Part shown: positions 18,954 through 27,580 of the stretch, piece by piece | How the letters are laid out: the number at the start of each line of letters is the position of its first letter | How positions within the stretch are numbered: the stretch's first letter is position 1 | NCBI GenBank assembly: GCA_041500225.1 | Contig: JBGQLV010000007.1 | Coordinates: 2,015-66,014, forward strand | DNA length: 64,000 bases | Direction: 5' to 3' | DNA from: Thermodesulfovibrionia bacterium | Lineage (GTDB): Bacteria; Nitrospirota; Thermodesulfovibrionia; Thermodesulfovibrionales; SM23-35 | The notes under the pieces: generated by a model | What the model saw: only the letters and a program-made list of their open reading frames with translations | Told to the model about the DNA's origin: nothing | Database searches by the model: none | Program-made: the position numbers and the translations under genes

Positions 18954-20163
18954 ATTGACCCGCAACAAACCCCGAGGACCAGGCCCATTGAAGGTTATAT
19001 CCTCCGAGCTGTCCTGCAACATCCACGACCTCACCCACAAAATAGAGGCCGGACACCTTCTTTGCTTCCATAGTCTTGGATGACAGTTCATTCGTATCAA
19101 TTCCGCCGGCCGTAATCTCTGCCTTTCCATATCCCTCGGTACCTTCAGGCCTTATCCTCCAGTGGCGTATCTGATGCGCTATATCCTTAAGTTCCTTTTC
19201 CGCATATTGGCATAAAGGCCTTGACGGGGCATGTAATTCACACCACCTGTGGCTGAATCTCCTGGGGAGATATTCTGAGAGAAGGTTGCTCAATTCGATC
19301 CTGCTCTTGCGCTTCGACGTGAAAAGTTCATAGGCGTTCCCGTCGGGCATTAAATCGATAGTGATTTCATCCCCGCGGTTCCAATACGATGAGACCTGCA
19401 GAATGGCAGGGCCGCTCAGGCCCCGGTGGGTAAAAAGGACTTCCCCCCGGAACTGTCTGACTCTGCAGCTAACCACAGCATCAAATGAAACACCGCTTAA
19501 TTCACTGAACCTTTCTAAATCGTGCCGGCTGAATACGAACGGGACAAGCGCCGGTTTTAGCTGCGTAACATTCAGGCCGAACATCGCAGCTGTGCGGAAT
19601 CCCATGTCCGTTGCCCCAAGTTCAGGATACGATAAACCGCCTGTTGCGATAACAAGCGCCCCGGCTTCTATTTTGCCGAAATTCGTTGAAACGTAAAAGT
19701 GGTCTGCTTTCGTTATCCTTCCGATTCTGCAATTCATGCGCATTTCAACACCGGCGCTGCGGCACTCCTTATAAAGCATCCTGATGATATCTCCTGAAGT
19801 CCCACGGCAAAAGAGCCGGCCTCTTTCCTTTTCGTAATATTCTATCCCGTACCTTTCTACCCTGCCGATGAAATCATAGGGAGTAAAACGTGCGAGGGCG
19901 GATTTGCAGAAATGGGGATTGGCGGACAGGTAATTGTCGGGCCGCAGATTTATGTTGGTGAAATTGCAGTGTCCGCCCCCTGAAACCCTGATCTTTTTCC
20001 CTATCTTATCCATGTGCTCAAGGACAATGACCGAGCGGTTCCTCTTTCCTGCCTCTATTGCGCACATGAGACCGGCAGCCCCAGCTCCTATGATGACAAT
20101 ATCCCTTTTAATCAGCGGTTTCTTATCTCGCGTCACTCCGGACAGCTCCTTTTTTAGTAACAT
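18946..20163 (-). CDS. HI0933/YhiN (BaiN-like) flavoprotein
   Basis: GAGAAG, GKKIRVSGGGHCNFTN, ATGGLSYP, LFTHRGLSGP, GGYNLQWA. Confidence 0.93.
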   Translation of the reverse strand: MLLKKELSGVTRDKKPLIKRDIVIIGAGAAGLMCAIEAGKRNRSVIVLEHMDKIGKKIRVSGGGHCNFTNINLRPDNYLSANPHFCKSALARFTPYDFIGRVERYGIEYYEKERGRLFCRGTSGDIIRMLYKECRSAGVEMRMNCRIGRITKADHFYVSTNFGKIEAGALVIATGGLSYPELGATDMGFRTAAMFGLNVTQLKPALVPFVFSRHDLERFSELSGVSFDAVVSCRVRQFRGEVLFTHRGLSGPAILQVSSYWNRGDEITIDLMPDGNAYELFTSKRKSRIELSNLLSEYLPRRFSHRWCELHAPSRPLCQYAEKELKDIAHQIRHWRIRPEGTEGYGKAEITAGGIDTNELSSKTMEAKKVSGLYFVGEVVDVAGQLGGYNLQWAWSSGFVAGQYA

Positions 20164-20410
20164 ATTCCATATTATATACCGTTTCCCCTATCCCCTCTTG
20201 GGAGGGATACTGAAATGAGGTATAATGTATAATACTGAATTATTCATGAAATGAATCTCAGTGACCGGAGATATAGTATTTTCGCTCATTCTCGTCTCTC
20301 TCTGAAGTCGGGACTGCGAGGTAAATTCTTTTTCCAAAAGAATTTAAATCCGCTCAAACACTATATCTCCAGTCTATATACGAAAAATTTATTAATTTTG
20401 GAGATATGTT

Positions 20411-22915
20411 ATGCAAGAAGAGAGGAAAGCTACCCCTGTGCCATCGCAGGAACAGCGTGAGGATATCCGCACCGGGTTGAGCGTGAAAGCGATCAGGCAA
20501 TCCGTGCTTGATAATCTTTACTTTCACCTCGCAAAGGTTTCTCAAGTCGCAACGCGGAACGACTGGTACATGGCGCTTGCGTATACAGTCCGGGACAGGA
20601 TGATACAACGATGGATAAAAACATGCCGGAACTATACAGAAGATCTGACGGTCGTTGCGTATTTGTCTGCCGAATTTCTCGTAGGACCACAACTCGGAAT
20701 CAACCTCATCAACCTTGGCATTTATGATGAGGTCCTTCAGGCAGTCAAAGGGTTAGGTCTTAATTTAAACGAACTTATTGAGCATGAGGGAGAGCCCGGG
20801 CTTGGTAACGGCAGCGTTGGGAGGCTCGCAGCCTGCTGCATGGATTCACTGGCAACGCTCGGGATTCCTGCAATCGGGTATGGGGTCCGCTATGAATTCG
20901 GCGCCTTTGACCAGGAAATTCGGGACGGCTATCAGGTTGAAATGACTGATAAGTGGCTTCGCCCTGGTAATCCCTGGGAGATTCCACGCCCCGAGATCAC
21001 CTACAATGTAAATCTCGGCGGCCGCACCGAGTCGTATTATGACGAGCAGAACTGTTTCCGGGTGCGCTGGATTCCCAAATTTTCTATCAAAGGGGCTGCG
21101 TATGATACCCCCATAGCCGGATATAGAGTTGCCACAACAAACCTGTTGCGTCTTTGGAAGTCCGAAGCCATCGAATCCTTTGATTTCGAAGCCTTCAACA
21201 TTGGTGATTACTTCGGCGCAGTCAACGAGAAGATTGCCTCAGAATCGATCAGCAAGATACTCTATCCCGATGACGAGCCATACGCCGGCAAACATTTACG
21301 GCTTGCGCAGCAGTATTTCTTTGTCTCCTGCGCTCTCCAGGACATGATCCGCATGCACCTCCTGCGCTGGAAAAACATCCATACTTTCTCTGACTCCTTT
21401 GCGGTACAACTGAATGATACCCAGCCCGCAATCGCCGTGGCGGAGCTGATGCGACTCCTTGTGGATGAGCATCTGGTGAGTTGGGACAAAGCATGGTACA
21501 TCACACAGAACACCTTTTCATATACAAACCATACAATTTTACCTGAAGCCTTTGAGAAGTGGCCTCTTCCCCTGTTCGCAGGTATCCTCCCGAGACACCT
21601 TGAAATCATCTATGAGATAAATCGGCGCTTCCTTGACGAGATATGGTTAAAGTATCCTGATAATAATGATAAGCTCACCCGTTTCTCTCTCATCGATGAG
21701 AGTGATCAGAAATATGTCCGGATGGCACAGCTTGCAAGCTTGGGAAGCCATGTAATCAACGGGGTTTCAGAAATCCATTCAGAGCTGCTTAAGAAGACCA
21801 TACTCCCCGAGCTTTATGAAATGTATCCTGAGAGGTTTCTCAACGTAACCAACGGAGTAACACCAAGGCGCTGGATTGTACTCAGTAATCCAGGGCTCGC
21901 TGAACTCATCACGGATACAACAGGAGACCGCTGGATCAGTCAACTAAAAGAACTAAAACAGCTTGAACCCTTTGCCGATGATCCGGACTTTATAAAAAAG
22001 TGGCAACAGGTAAAGTATGAAAACAAACGTGATCTCGCCGGGATAATTCATTCCCGCACAGGGATTTCCGTTAATCCTGATACGCTCTTCGACATTCAGA
22101 TGAAGCGCCTCCATGAATATAAGCGCCAGCACCTCAACGTTCTTCACATTATCACACTCTATAACAGGATTAAGAAAAATCCGCGGATAGACATCACGCC
22201 CCGCACATTCATCTTCGGAGGCAAATCGTCACCCGGCTATTTTATAGCGAAGCTCATTATAAAACTGATCAATTCCGTTGCCGAAGTGGTGAACAATGAT
22301 CCGGACTTGGCAGGACGCCTGAAAGTTGTTTTTTTCCCTGACTTTAATGTAAAGAATGGTCAAAAGCTGTATCCTGCTGCTGATCTCTCCGAACAGATCT
22401 CTACAGCGGGGAGAGAGGCATCGGGGACAGGGAACATGAAATTCTCTATGAACGGTGCATTGACTATAGGGACATTAAATGGTGCGAACATCGAAATCCG
22501 TGAAGAGGTGGGCGCCGAAAACTTTTTCCTCTTCGGTTTGACTGCTGACGAGGTTTCCACCATGAAATCTCAGGGCTATAACCCCAAGGATTACTATAAT
22601 GCAAATCCGGAGCTGAAAGAAGCGATTGATCTTATCAGCTCCGGATTCTTTTCCAAAACAGACGTAAACCTGTTCAAGCCTCTGGTTGACTCACTGCTCT
22701 GTCGCGATGAGCATATGATCCTTGCCGATTATCAGTCCTATATTGACTGCCAGGACCGCATAAGCATGGCGTTCAGAGATCAGGAGAAATGGACGAATAT
22801 GTCGATCCTCACTGTTGCGCGGATGGGAAAGTTCTCATCGGACCGGTCCATACGTGAGTACAACGAAAAAATATGGCATGCGACGTCTCTGAAGATCGAC
22901 CTTGAGGAGAGATAA
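20411..22915 (+). CDS. glgP: Glycogen/starch phosphorylase
   Basis: KRLHEYKRQ, EASGTGNMKF (PLP lysine), YTNHT, TNGVTPRRW. Confidence 0.95.
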   Translation: MQEERKATPVPSQEQREDIRTGLSVKAIRQSVLDNLYFHLAKVSQVATRNDWYMALAYTVRDRMIQRWIKTCRNYTEDLTVVAYLSAEFLVGPQLGINLINLGIYDEVLQAVKGLGLNLNELIEHEGEPGLGNGSVGRLAACCMDSLATLGIPAIGYGVRYEFGAFDQEIRDGYQVEMTDKWLRPGNPWEIPRPEITYNVNLGGRTESYYDEQNCFRVRWIPKFSIKGAAYDTPIAGYRVATTNLLRLWKSEAIESFDFEAFNIGDYFGAVNEKIASESISKILYPDDEPYAGKHLRLAQQYFFVSCALQDMIRMHLLRWKNIHTFSDSFAVQLNDTQPAIAVAELMRLLVDEHLVSWDKAWYITQNTFSYTNHTILPEAFEKWPLPLFAGILPRHLEIIYEINRRFLDEIWLKYPDNNDKLTRFSLIDESDQKYVRMAQLASLGSHVINGVSEIHSELLKKTILPELYEMYPERFLNVTNGVTPRRWIVLSNPGLAELITDTTGDRWISQLKELKQLEPFADDPDFIKKWQQVKYENKRDLAGIIHSRTGISVNPDTLFDIQMKRLHEYKRQHLNVLHIITLYNRIKKNPRIDITPRTFIFGGKSSPGYFIAKLIIKLINSVAEVVNNDPDLAGRLKVVFFPDFNVKNGQKLYPAADLSEQISTAGREASGTGNMKFSMNGALTIGTLNGANIEIREEVGAENFFLFGLTADEVSTMKSQGYNPKDYYNANPELKEAIDLISSGFFSKTDVNLFKPLVDSLLCRDEHMILADYQSYIDCQDRISMAFRDQEKWTNMSILTVARMGKFSSDRSIREYNEKIWHATSLKIDLEER

Positions 22916-22925
22916 AAAATTTTTC

Positions 22926-22990
22926 TGTCATGCCGGACTTGATCCGGCATCCAGTGGTTGCCTAAAATCCTGCTTTCGCGGAAATAAACA
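22926..22990. repeat. Degenerate REP-like doublet
   Basis: tgtcatgccggacttgatccggcatccag...aatcctgctttcgcggaaat. Confidence 0.6.
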
Positions 22991-23006
22991 AGAAACAGAT
23001 AAATCT

Positions 23007-23177
23007 CATGACTATCCTACCAGAGTAAGAGTAGATTTTAAGAATAAGACGGGATGGATTGTTCTCGACCGGATAAGAACAGTTGATAAGAAGAGGCTGA
23101 CAAAAAGACTTGGTGTAATAGACAGAAAAACGGTTCAAAGGGTTAAGTCGGTAATAAAGGAAATGCTTGTAGATTAG
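23007..23177 (+). pseudogene. C-terminal fragment of a PemK/MazF toxin
   Basis: YPTRV...GWIVLDRIRTVDKKRL...VKSVIKEML resembles the PemK C-terminal half; no N-terminal half or antitoxin present. Confidence 0.7.
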
Positions 23178-23450
23178 GCATCTTCTGCTTGATCATAACC
23201 GTATCAACTGCTTCCTGAAAGTGTGATTTTCAAAGCTCAACTCTCGATGCAACTTTGCGACTGCAAATCAACAATCCGTATAATCACAGGACTTTATTAA
23301 CGTGCCATATTATGACAATCAGATAAAGTTAGGGCTAAAATGCTATATTAAAGCGGATAGCGGTTAAATAAGCATTCCAAAAACCTTAAACAAAAGCAAG
23401 ACCACGAACAATTAGTAACGGGTTAACCCTAAAATAATAGGAGGTATATT

Positions 23451-23957
23451 ATGGGGAAAAAAGAGAAAAAAGAATTGGTAAAAGTTGAACCAACAAAAGC
23501 TCTTTCACCTTTTCAGGAGATGGAAAGACGGTTTGAAGAGATGGAAAGACGGTTTGAAGATTTTTTCAGAAAACCCTTTTCATTGCTACCATCTTGGATG
23601 CCAAGGTTGAAAATGCCTGAAATAGAAGAAGTCTCTCCATCCATGGATATCTTTACAGAAGGCGATGATGTAGTAGTGAAGGGAGAATTGCCAGGGATGA
23701 AAAAGGAAGATATTAATGTTAGTCTGACTAAAGATACCATATCCATTTCCGGAGAGAAGAAGAAAGAGGAAAAGGTTGAAAAAAAGGATTATTACAGTCT
23801 TGAGCGTTCCTATGGTTCTTTTAAACGTTTATTCAGTCTGCCTGCAGAGGTCCAGACGGAAAAGGCATCTGCAAAATTCAAAGATGGGGTACTGGAGATA
23901 AGAATACCAAAAACTGAAGAGGCTAAGAAAAAAGAGAAAAAAGTAATGATTGAATAA
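23451..23957 (+). CDS. Hsp20/alpha-crystallin small heat-shock protein
   Basis: ELPGMKKEDI, ERSYGSFKR, AKFKDGVLEIRIPK; RBS aggagg. Confidence 0.95.
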   Translation: MGKKEKKELVKVEPTKALSPFQEMERRFEEMERRFEDFFRKPFSLLPSWMPRLKMPEIEEVSPSMDIFTEGDDVVVKGELPGMKKEDINVSLTKDTISISGEKKKEEKVEKKDYYSLERSYGSFKRLFSLPAEVQTEKASAKFKDGVLEIRIPKTEEAKKKEKKVMIE

Positions 23958-23981
23958 TACACAGAAAGGGAGGTTAGGAAA

Positions 23982-24266
23982 ATGGCATATTATGTAATTC
24001 TCAGCAAATTAACCGATGAAGGCAGGAAGACCCTTAAGCAGAAACCTTCGAGGATATTGGAGGTTAACAAGGAATTGGAGGCTATGGGGGTAAAGGTCAA
24101 AGAGCAGTTTGCTGTGTTAGGTCTCTATGATTTTGTGAATATCATTGAGGCGCCGGATAATCTGACTGTTATGAAGGCATCTGCGGAGATCGGAGCGAGA
24201 GGTTCTGTACAGATCCTTACATTACCTGCAATTCCAATAGAGGAACTTGTAAAGAAATTGAAATAA
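23982..24266 (+). CDS. GYD domain protein
   Basis: LTDEG...LGLYDFVNIIEAPD...GSVQILTLPA. Confidence 0.85.
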   Translation: MAYYVILSKLTDEGRKTLKQKPSRILEVNKELEAMGVKVKEQFAVLGLYDFVNIIEAPDNLTVMKASAEIGARGSVQILTLPAIPIEELVKKLK

Positions 24267-24287
24267 AATTATCTCGTAAATCTGTAT

Positions 24288-24317
24288 AGGGCGAGTTAAA
24301 ACATCTCGCCCTTTTTA
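24288..24317 (+). terminator. Rho-independent terminator
   Basis: agggcgag-loop-ctcgccct followed by a T-run. Confidence 0.75.
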
Positions 24318-24521
24318 TTGCATATTTCAACCAATAGTCATTAAATTTCTTATTCAATAAAAAGTGAAGACTTGCGGTGTAGTCATTAAGCTGATCTCTA
24401 ATGTAATAAAGTTTGCTATAATTCCTCATGAGAACAAAAAAGCTTCCCAAAAAGCCCCGATGGAAAGATAAAATTGATCCTGCCTTCGATGAAATCATAA
24501 TCCAAAGCAATAAACTTCATT

Positions 24522-24552
24522 TTGACAATATGCTATCATATATGATAGCATA
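24522..24552 (+). promoter_or_regulatory. hicAB promoter with perfect 24-bp palindromic operator
   Basis: TTGACA at 24522; tatgctatcatatatgatagcata at 24529-24552, immediately before the GTG start. Confidence 0.75.
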
Positions 24553-24557
24553 AATTT

Positions 24558-24812
24558 GTGAGTAAAATAGAAAAGCTTCTCGATAAGACTAAAAACAACC
24601 CTCAAAATATTAGGTTTAACGAGATTTGTAAATTAGCTGAGGCTTTTGGCTTTACATGTAGAGGGGGTAGGGGAAGCCACACGATATACAGCAGGAAAGG
24701 AGTCATTGAGTTGATAAACTTCCAGAATGTTCATGGTATGGCTAAACCTTATCAGGTAAGACAATTTCTAAGAATTGTTGAAGAATATAGTTTAAAAATA
24801 AGGGGGGAATGA
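24558..24812 (+). CDS. hicA: HicA family toxin
   Basis: GRGSH motif, AKPYQVRQF. Confidence 0.88.
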   Translation: MSKIEKLLDKTKNNPQNIRFNEICKLAEAFGFTCRGGRGSHTIYSRKGVIELINFQNVHGMAKPYQVRQFLRIVEEYSLKIRGE

Positions 24813-25159
24813 GTATGCACTATCCAATAAAAGTATTTTACAGTGAGGAAGATAAAGGGTTTATAGCGGTAATTCCTGATTTAGCCGGATGTTCTGCTTT
24901 TGGAGAAACTGAGGAAGAAGCAATAAGAGAGGTAAAAATAGCTCAGGGACTATGGCTTAAGACTGCTAAGAAGGAAGGCAGAAAAATACCAAAACCATCT
25001 TCTGAAAATGTATACAGCGGAAAAATACTTGCAAGGACTCCAAAATCACTTCACAAGGCACTTGTGGAAAAAGCAAAAGAGGAAGGAGTAAGTCTTAACC
25101 AGCTTGTAGTATATCTCTTATCAAAGGGCGCAGATAAGAGGTATCAGCTTAGAATGTAA
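24809..25159 (+). CDS. hicB: HicB family antitoxin with C-terminal RHH
   Basis: PDLAGCSAFGETEEEA; YSGK..R.PKSLH..L..KAKEEGVSLNQ. Confidence 0.9.
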   Translation: MSMHYPIKVFYSEEDKGFIAVIPDLAGCSAFGETEEEAIREVKIAQGLWLKTAKKEGRKIPKPSSENVYSGKILARTPKSLHKALVEKAKEEGVSLNQLVVYLLSKGADKRYQLRM

Positions 25160-25175
25160 ACTTTGAGTCTTAAAT

Positions 25176-25231
25176 CCTTGATTTTATTGGCGGTCCCAAC
25201 GGGATTCGAACCCGTGTTTTAGCCTTGAGAG
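25176..25231 (-). repeat. att site: displaced 3' half of tRNA-Glu
   Basis: Matches 35744-35799 with one mismatch (gggaTtcgaa vs gggaGtcgaa). Confidence 0.95.
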
Positions 25232-25359
25232 AGCGAATGGTATTAAAAATCTAAACTGGCTTCTGACGGCAGTTTGAGCGCAAGTCTTTGATTTTATAAG
25301 CTTTTACAGCTTTCGTTATTTTCTCTTGCTTCCCTTGTTTTCTATCCTTTGAGCTATAT

Positions 25360-25392
25360 TCTATCACAAATCTATCACAATTTTATCACAGG
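25360..25392. promoter_or_regulatory. Putative integrase arm-type sites (3 x TCTATCACAAA-like)
   Basis: The same 11-mer occurs twice at 35688-35709 near the other att site. Confidence 0.75.
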
Positions 25393-25415
25393 TGCTATCA
25401 AGTGGGAACTACGGT

Positions 25416-25451
25416 AAAAGAAACCCCCTACCACCTGAGTGATAGGGGGTT
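25416..25451 (-). terminator. Terminator of the leftward cargo operon
   Basis: aaccccctatcac-loop-gtggtagggggtt followed by tctttt on the minus strand. Confidence 0.75.
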
Positions 25452-25485
25452 AAGAATGTCGAGTCCTTAAGTGATTATGATCTAC

Positions 25486-25701
25486 TCAATGCCATAAAAA
25501 CTTCTTGCGCTCTAAAATATTCAATGTCAATCTTAAAACTTCTTCTGTTACAGGGAAACCAACTTGCCATGACAGTTCTTCTAACAGAGACTTTTTCTCT
25601 TCTTCTGTATAATAGCCTTTTTTCCCAAGCTCAAGGTAATAATCTAAAAGTTTTTTGAATGTAAACTCTTTAATTGCCTCATAGTCTATTATCTCTTCCA
25701 T
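25486..25701 (-). CDS. Hypothetical protein
   Basis: ORF with RBS aaggag; no motif recognised. Confidence 0.7.
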   Translation of the reverse strand: MEEIIDYEAIKEFTFKKLLDYYLELGKKGYYTEEEKKSLLEELSWQVGFPVTEEVLRLTLNILERKKFLWH

Positions 25702-25728
25702 TTCCTATTCTCCTTAAACTAAAGCCAA

Positions 25729-26154
25729 TTAGGCAGATTTGAAAATTGGTTTAAATCCGTGCTTTTCCATCCACCATTGAAAAGTGTTAATCCCTTGCTT
25801 TTCTTGAAGTGCTTTTGAGTTCTTGTAATGCATTAGATACCTGCCTATCAATATTTCATATTCCCTAAAGCTCTCCTTGGTTAATTTCTCGGAAAGCTGT
25901 CTCATAATTTCAAGAAACTCGAACTCTCCTGTTGTAACAGGATAATAGTTTATCTTGAACCATTCCCTGACTGGACATTTACCCTTTTTTATGCTGTTTT
26001 TATATATTCGCCTGAACAAAGAGTCATTCCGATATAGATAATAAAAATCTTTTTCGAGATACTCAAATTTTTCTGGTCTATAATCCCCTACCTCGTCTTT
26101 TAAAGCTTTAAATCTCTCTTCAAGGTCTCTTATATACTCTTTTCTTTTTTCCAC
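25729..26154 (-). CDS. Hypothetical protein
   Basis: GTG start with RBS gggagg; no motif recognised. Confidence 0.72.
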   Translation of the reverse strand: MEKRKEYIRDLEERFKALKDEVGDYRPEKFEYLEKDFYYLYRNDSLFRRIYKNSIKKGKCPVREWFKINYYPVTTGEFEFLEIMRQLSEKLTKESFREYEILIGRYLMHYKNSKALQEKQGINTFQWWMEKHGFKPIFKSA

Positions 26155-26166
26155 GATAACCCTCCC

Positions 26167-26910
26167 TTATACTAAAGCTAACTCTTTATTGTTAACACGG
26201 ATATTGCTGTATTGGATTATACCCTTGTATACAGGATTATCTAAGATATACTTTACAGTCCCTGCATACCATTTACCATTTCTTGCTGTTGGGATACCGC
26301 TTTCATTGAGCAGTTGTGCTATATCTCTCAAGCTCATGTCCAGGTCGTTCCTCAATGAGAAAATCATTCTTACGGTCTCTGATGATTCAGCATCAATAGA
26401 AAGCTGTTTATCCTTGGCCCGGTATCCTAACCCTGGACACCCACCGGCAAACCCACCTTTCCGAGCCTTATTGATCCTTCCACCTGAAAGCCTCATGGTT
26501 ATGAAAGCCTTCTCTAACTCAGATACAATCCCCATGAACTGCCTGAAAGCCTTACGCATAGGGTCATTGCTGCATATGTCAGGCTCTTTGACCGAGACAA
26601 GGGCTCTATTCATGCCCTGTAGCTTCCTTAGAAGGTGTTCTTGAATATATAGGTCACGCGCCAAGCGATCCAGCTTGTAAATAAGAACACCGTCTAAATC
26701 TGTCTGTGATTCAAGGTAATCGAACATCTCAGATAGTCCGGGACGGTTGTCAAGGTCTTTGGCTCCTGACAAGCCATTGTCACTAAATATTTCAACAAGA
26801 GTATGTCCGTTTAATTCTGCATACTCAAGCAATGCTGCTCTTTGTATTTCAATAGTTTCCGCTTCTTTTTGATTCTCGGTGCTGACCCTTGCATAACCTA
26901 CAAGTCTCAT
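26167..26910 (-). CDS. Serine recombinase (resolvase plus recombinase domain, short)
   Basis: GYARVST, KLDRLAR, E.E..I..R; GY...IF...LN..G...W...V..IL.NP.Y.G recombinase domain. Confidence 0.92.
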   Translation of the reverse strand: MRLVGYARVSTENQKEAETIEIQRAALLEYAELNGHTLVEIFSDNGLSGAKDLDNRPGLSEMFDYLESQTDLDGVLIYKLDRLARDLYIQEHLLRKLQGMNRALVSVKEPDICSNDPMRKAFRQFMGIVSELEKAFITMRLSGGRINKARKGGFAGGCPGLGYRAKDKQLSIDAESSETVRMIFSLRNDLDMSLRDIAQLLNESGIPTARNGKWYAGTVKYILDNPVYKGIIQYSNIRVNNKELALV

Positions 26911-26929
26911 GATGTTGTCTCCTTTCTGT

Positions 26930-27016
26930 TTATAAGAGTTTTTTTAAAATCTTTACTACTGAACGGATAAGAAAAATCCATAAGGTAATTGAGACAATAA
27001 CGTCAATAACGTTCAT
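26930..27016 (-). CDS. Unannotated 28-aa hydrophobic peptide MNVIDVIVSITLWIFLIRSVVKILKKLL
   Basis: Near-perfect RBS AGGGAGGTGA 4 nt before ATG; single-TM pattern with basic C-terminus. Confidence 0.7.
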   Translation of the reverse strand: MNVIDVIVSITLWIFLIRSVVKILKKLL

Positions 27017-27580
27017 ACTGTCACCTCCCTTTGTTTGATGCCTGCGGTAGCAGGGCATTGCAAAAAAATTCTGTAGTAAACACCTTGATAATCAATGCTG
27101 TTCTAAAAGTGACCGCAAAAAGGGACATATAGTAAACGGGTTAATGTCATGATGAAACACAGTTTTAGTTTTTTTTGGCTGTTTTCTTTGATAAATGGTA
27201 CATTCACATTTCGGCACAGAAACCCGTGTTAGATTGCATAGAGCGGAGAAAGGCAAGATGTATAAAAAATACATATTTTTAATACACGGCTCCCGTTCAA
27301 GTGCTTCTACAGGTCTTGAAGTCCTCAGAAATGAATCAGAGTTGTCAAAGAACAAAGCATGGAGACCACCCTTCGGTTTAATCTCTAATACCCTATGTGT
27401 TGGCCTCGTTAAAGGATGCACTCTCACTCCGCGGAGCAAGGTAAGGTCTAAGAAAACATCGACAGAAGGCAGTAAGACGCATATAGGTGTGGTTACGTCT
27501 TTGAGGCTGGTTATGGCTTACAAGGGACTGAGATTAGCTGATCTAAGAAATTCTGAAATAAATTTTGGAAAGGAGAGATT

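Noticed and set aside
23517-23560. 21-bp tandem repeat in hsp20 (EMERRFE x2)
   Set aside because: In-frame slippage in a variable N-terminal arm; two copies only, not an array
25188-25231. Possible second tRNA-Glu gene
   Set aside because: Only the 3' half is present; it is the att duplicate
25360-25400. Short direct repeats as a CRISPR or mini-array
   Set aside because: 11-bp units without spacers and no cas genes; better explained as integrase arm sites
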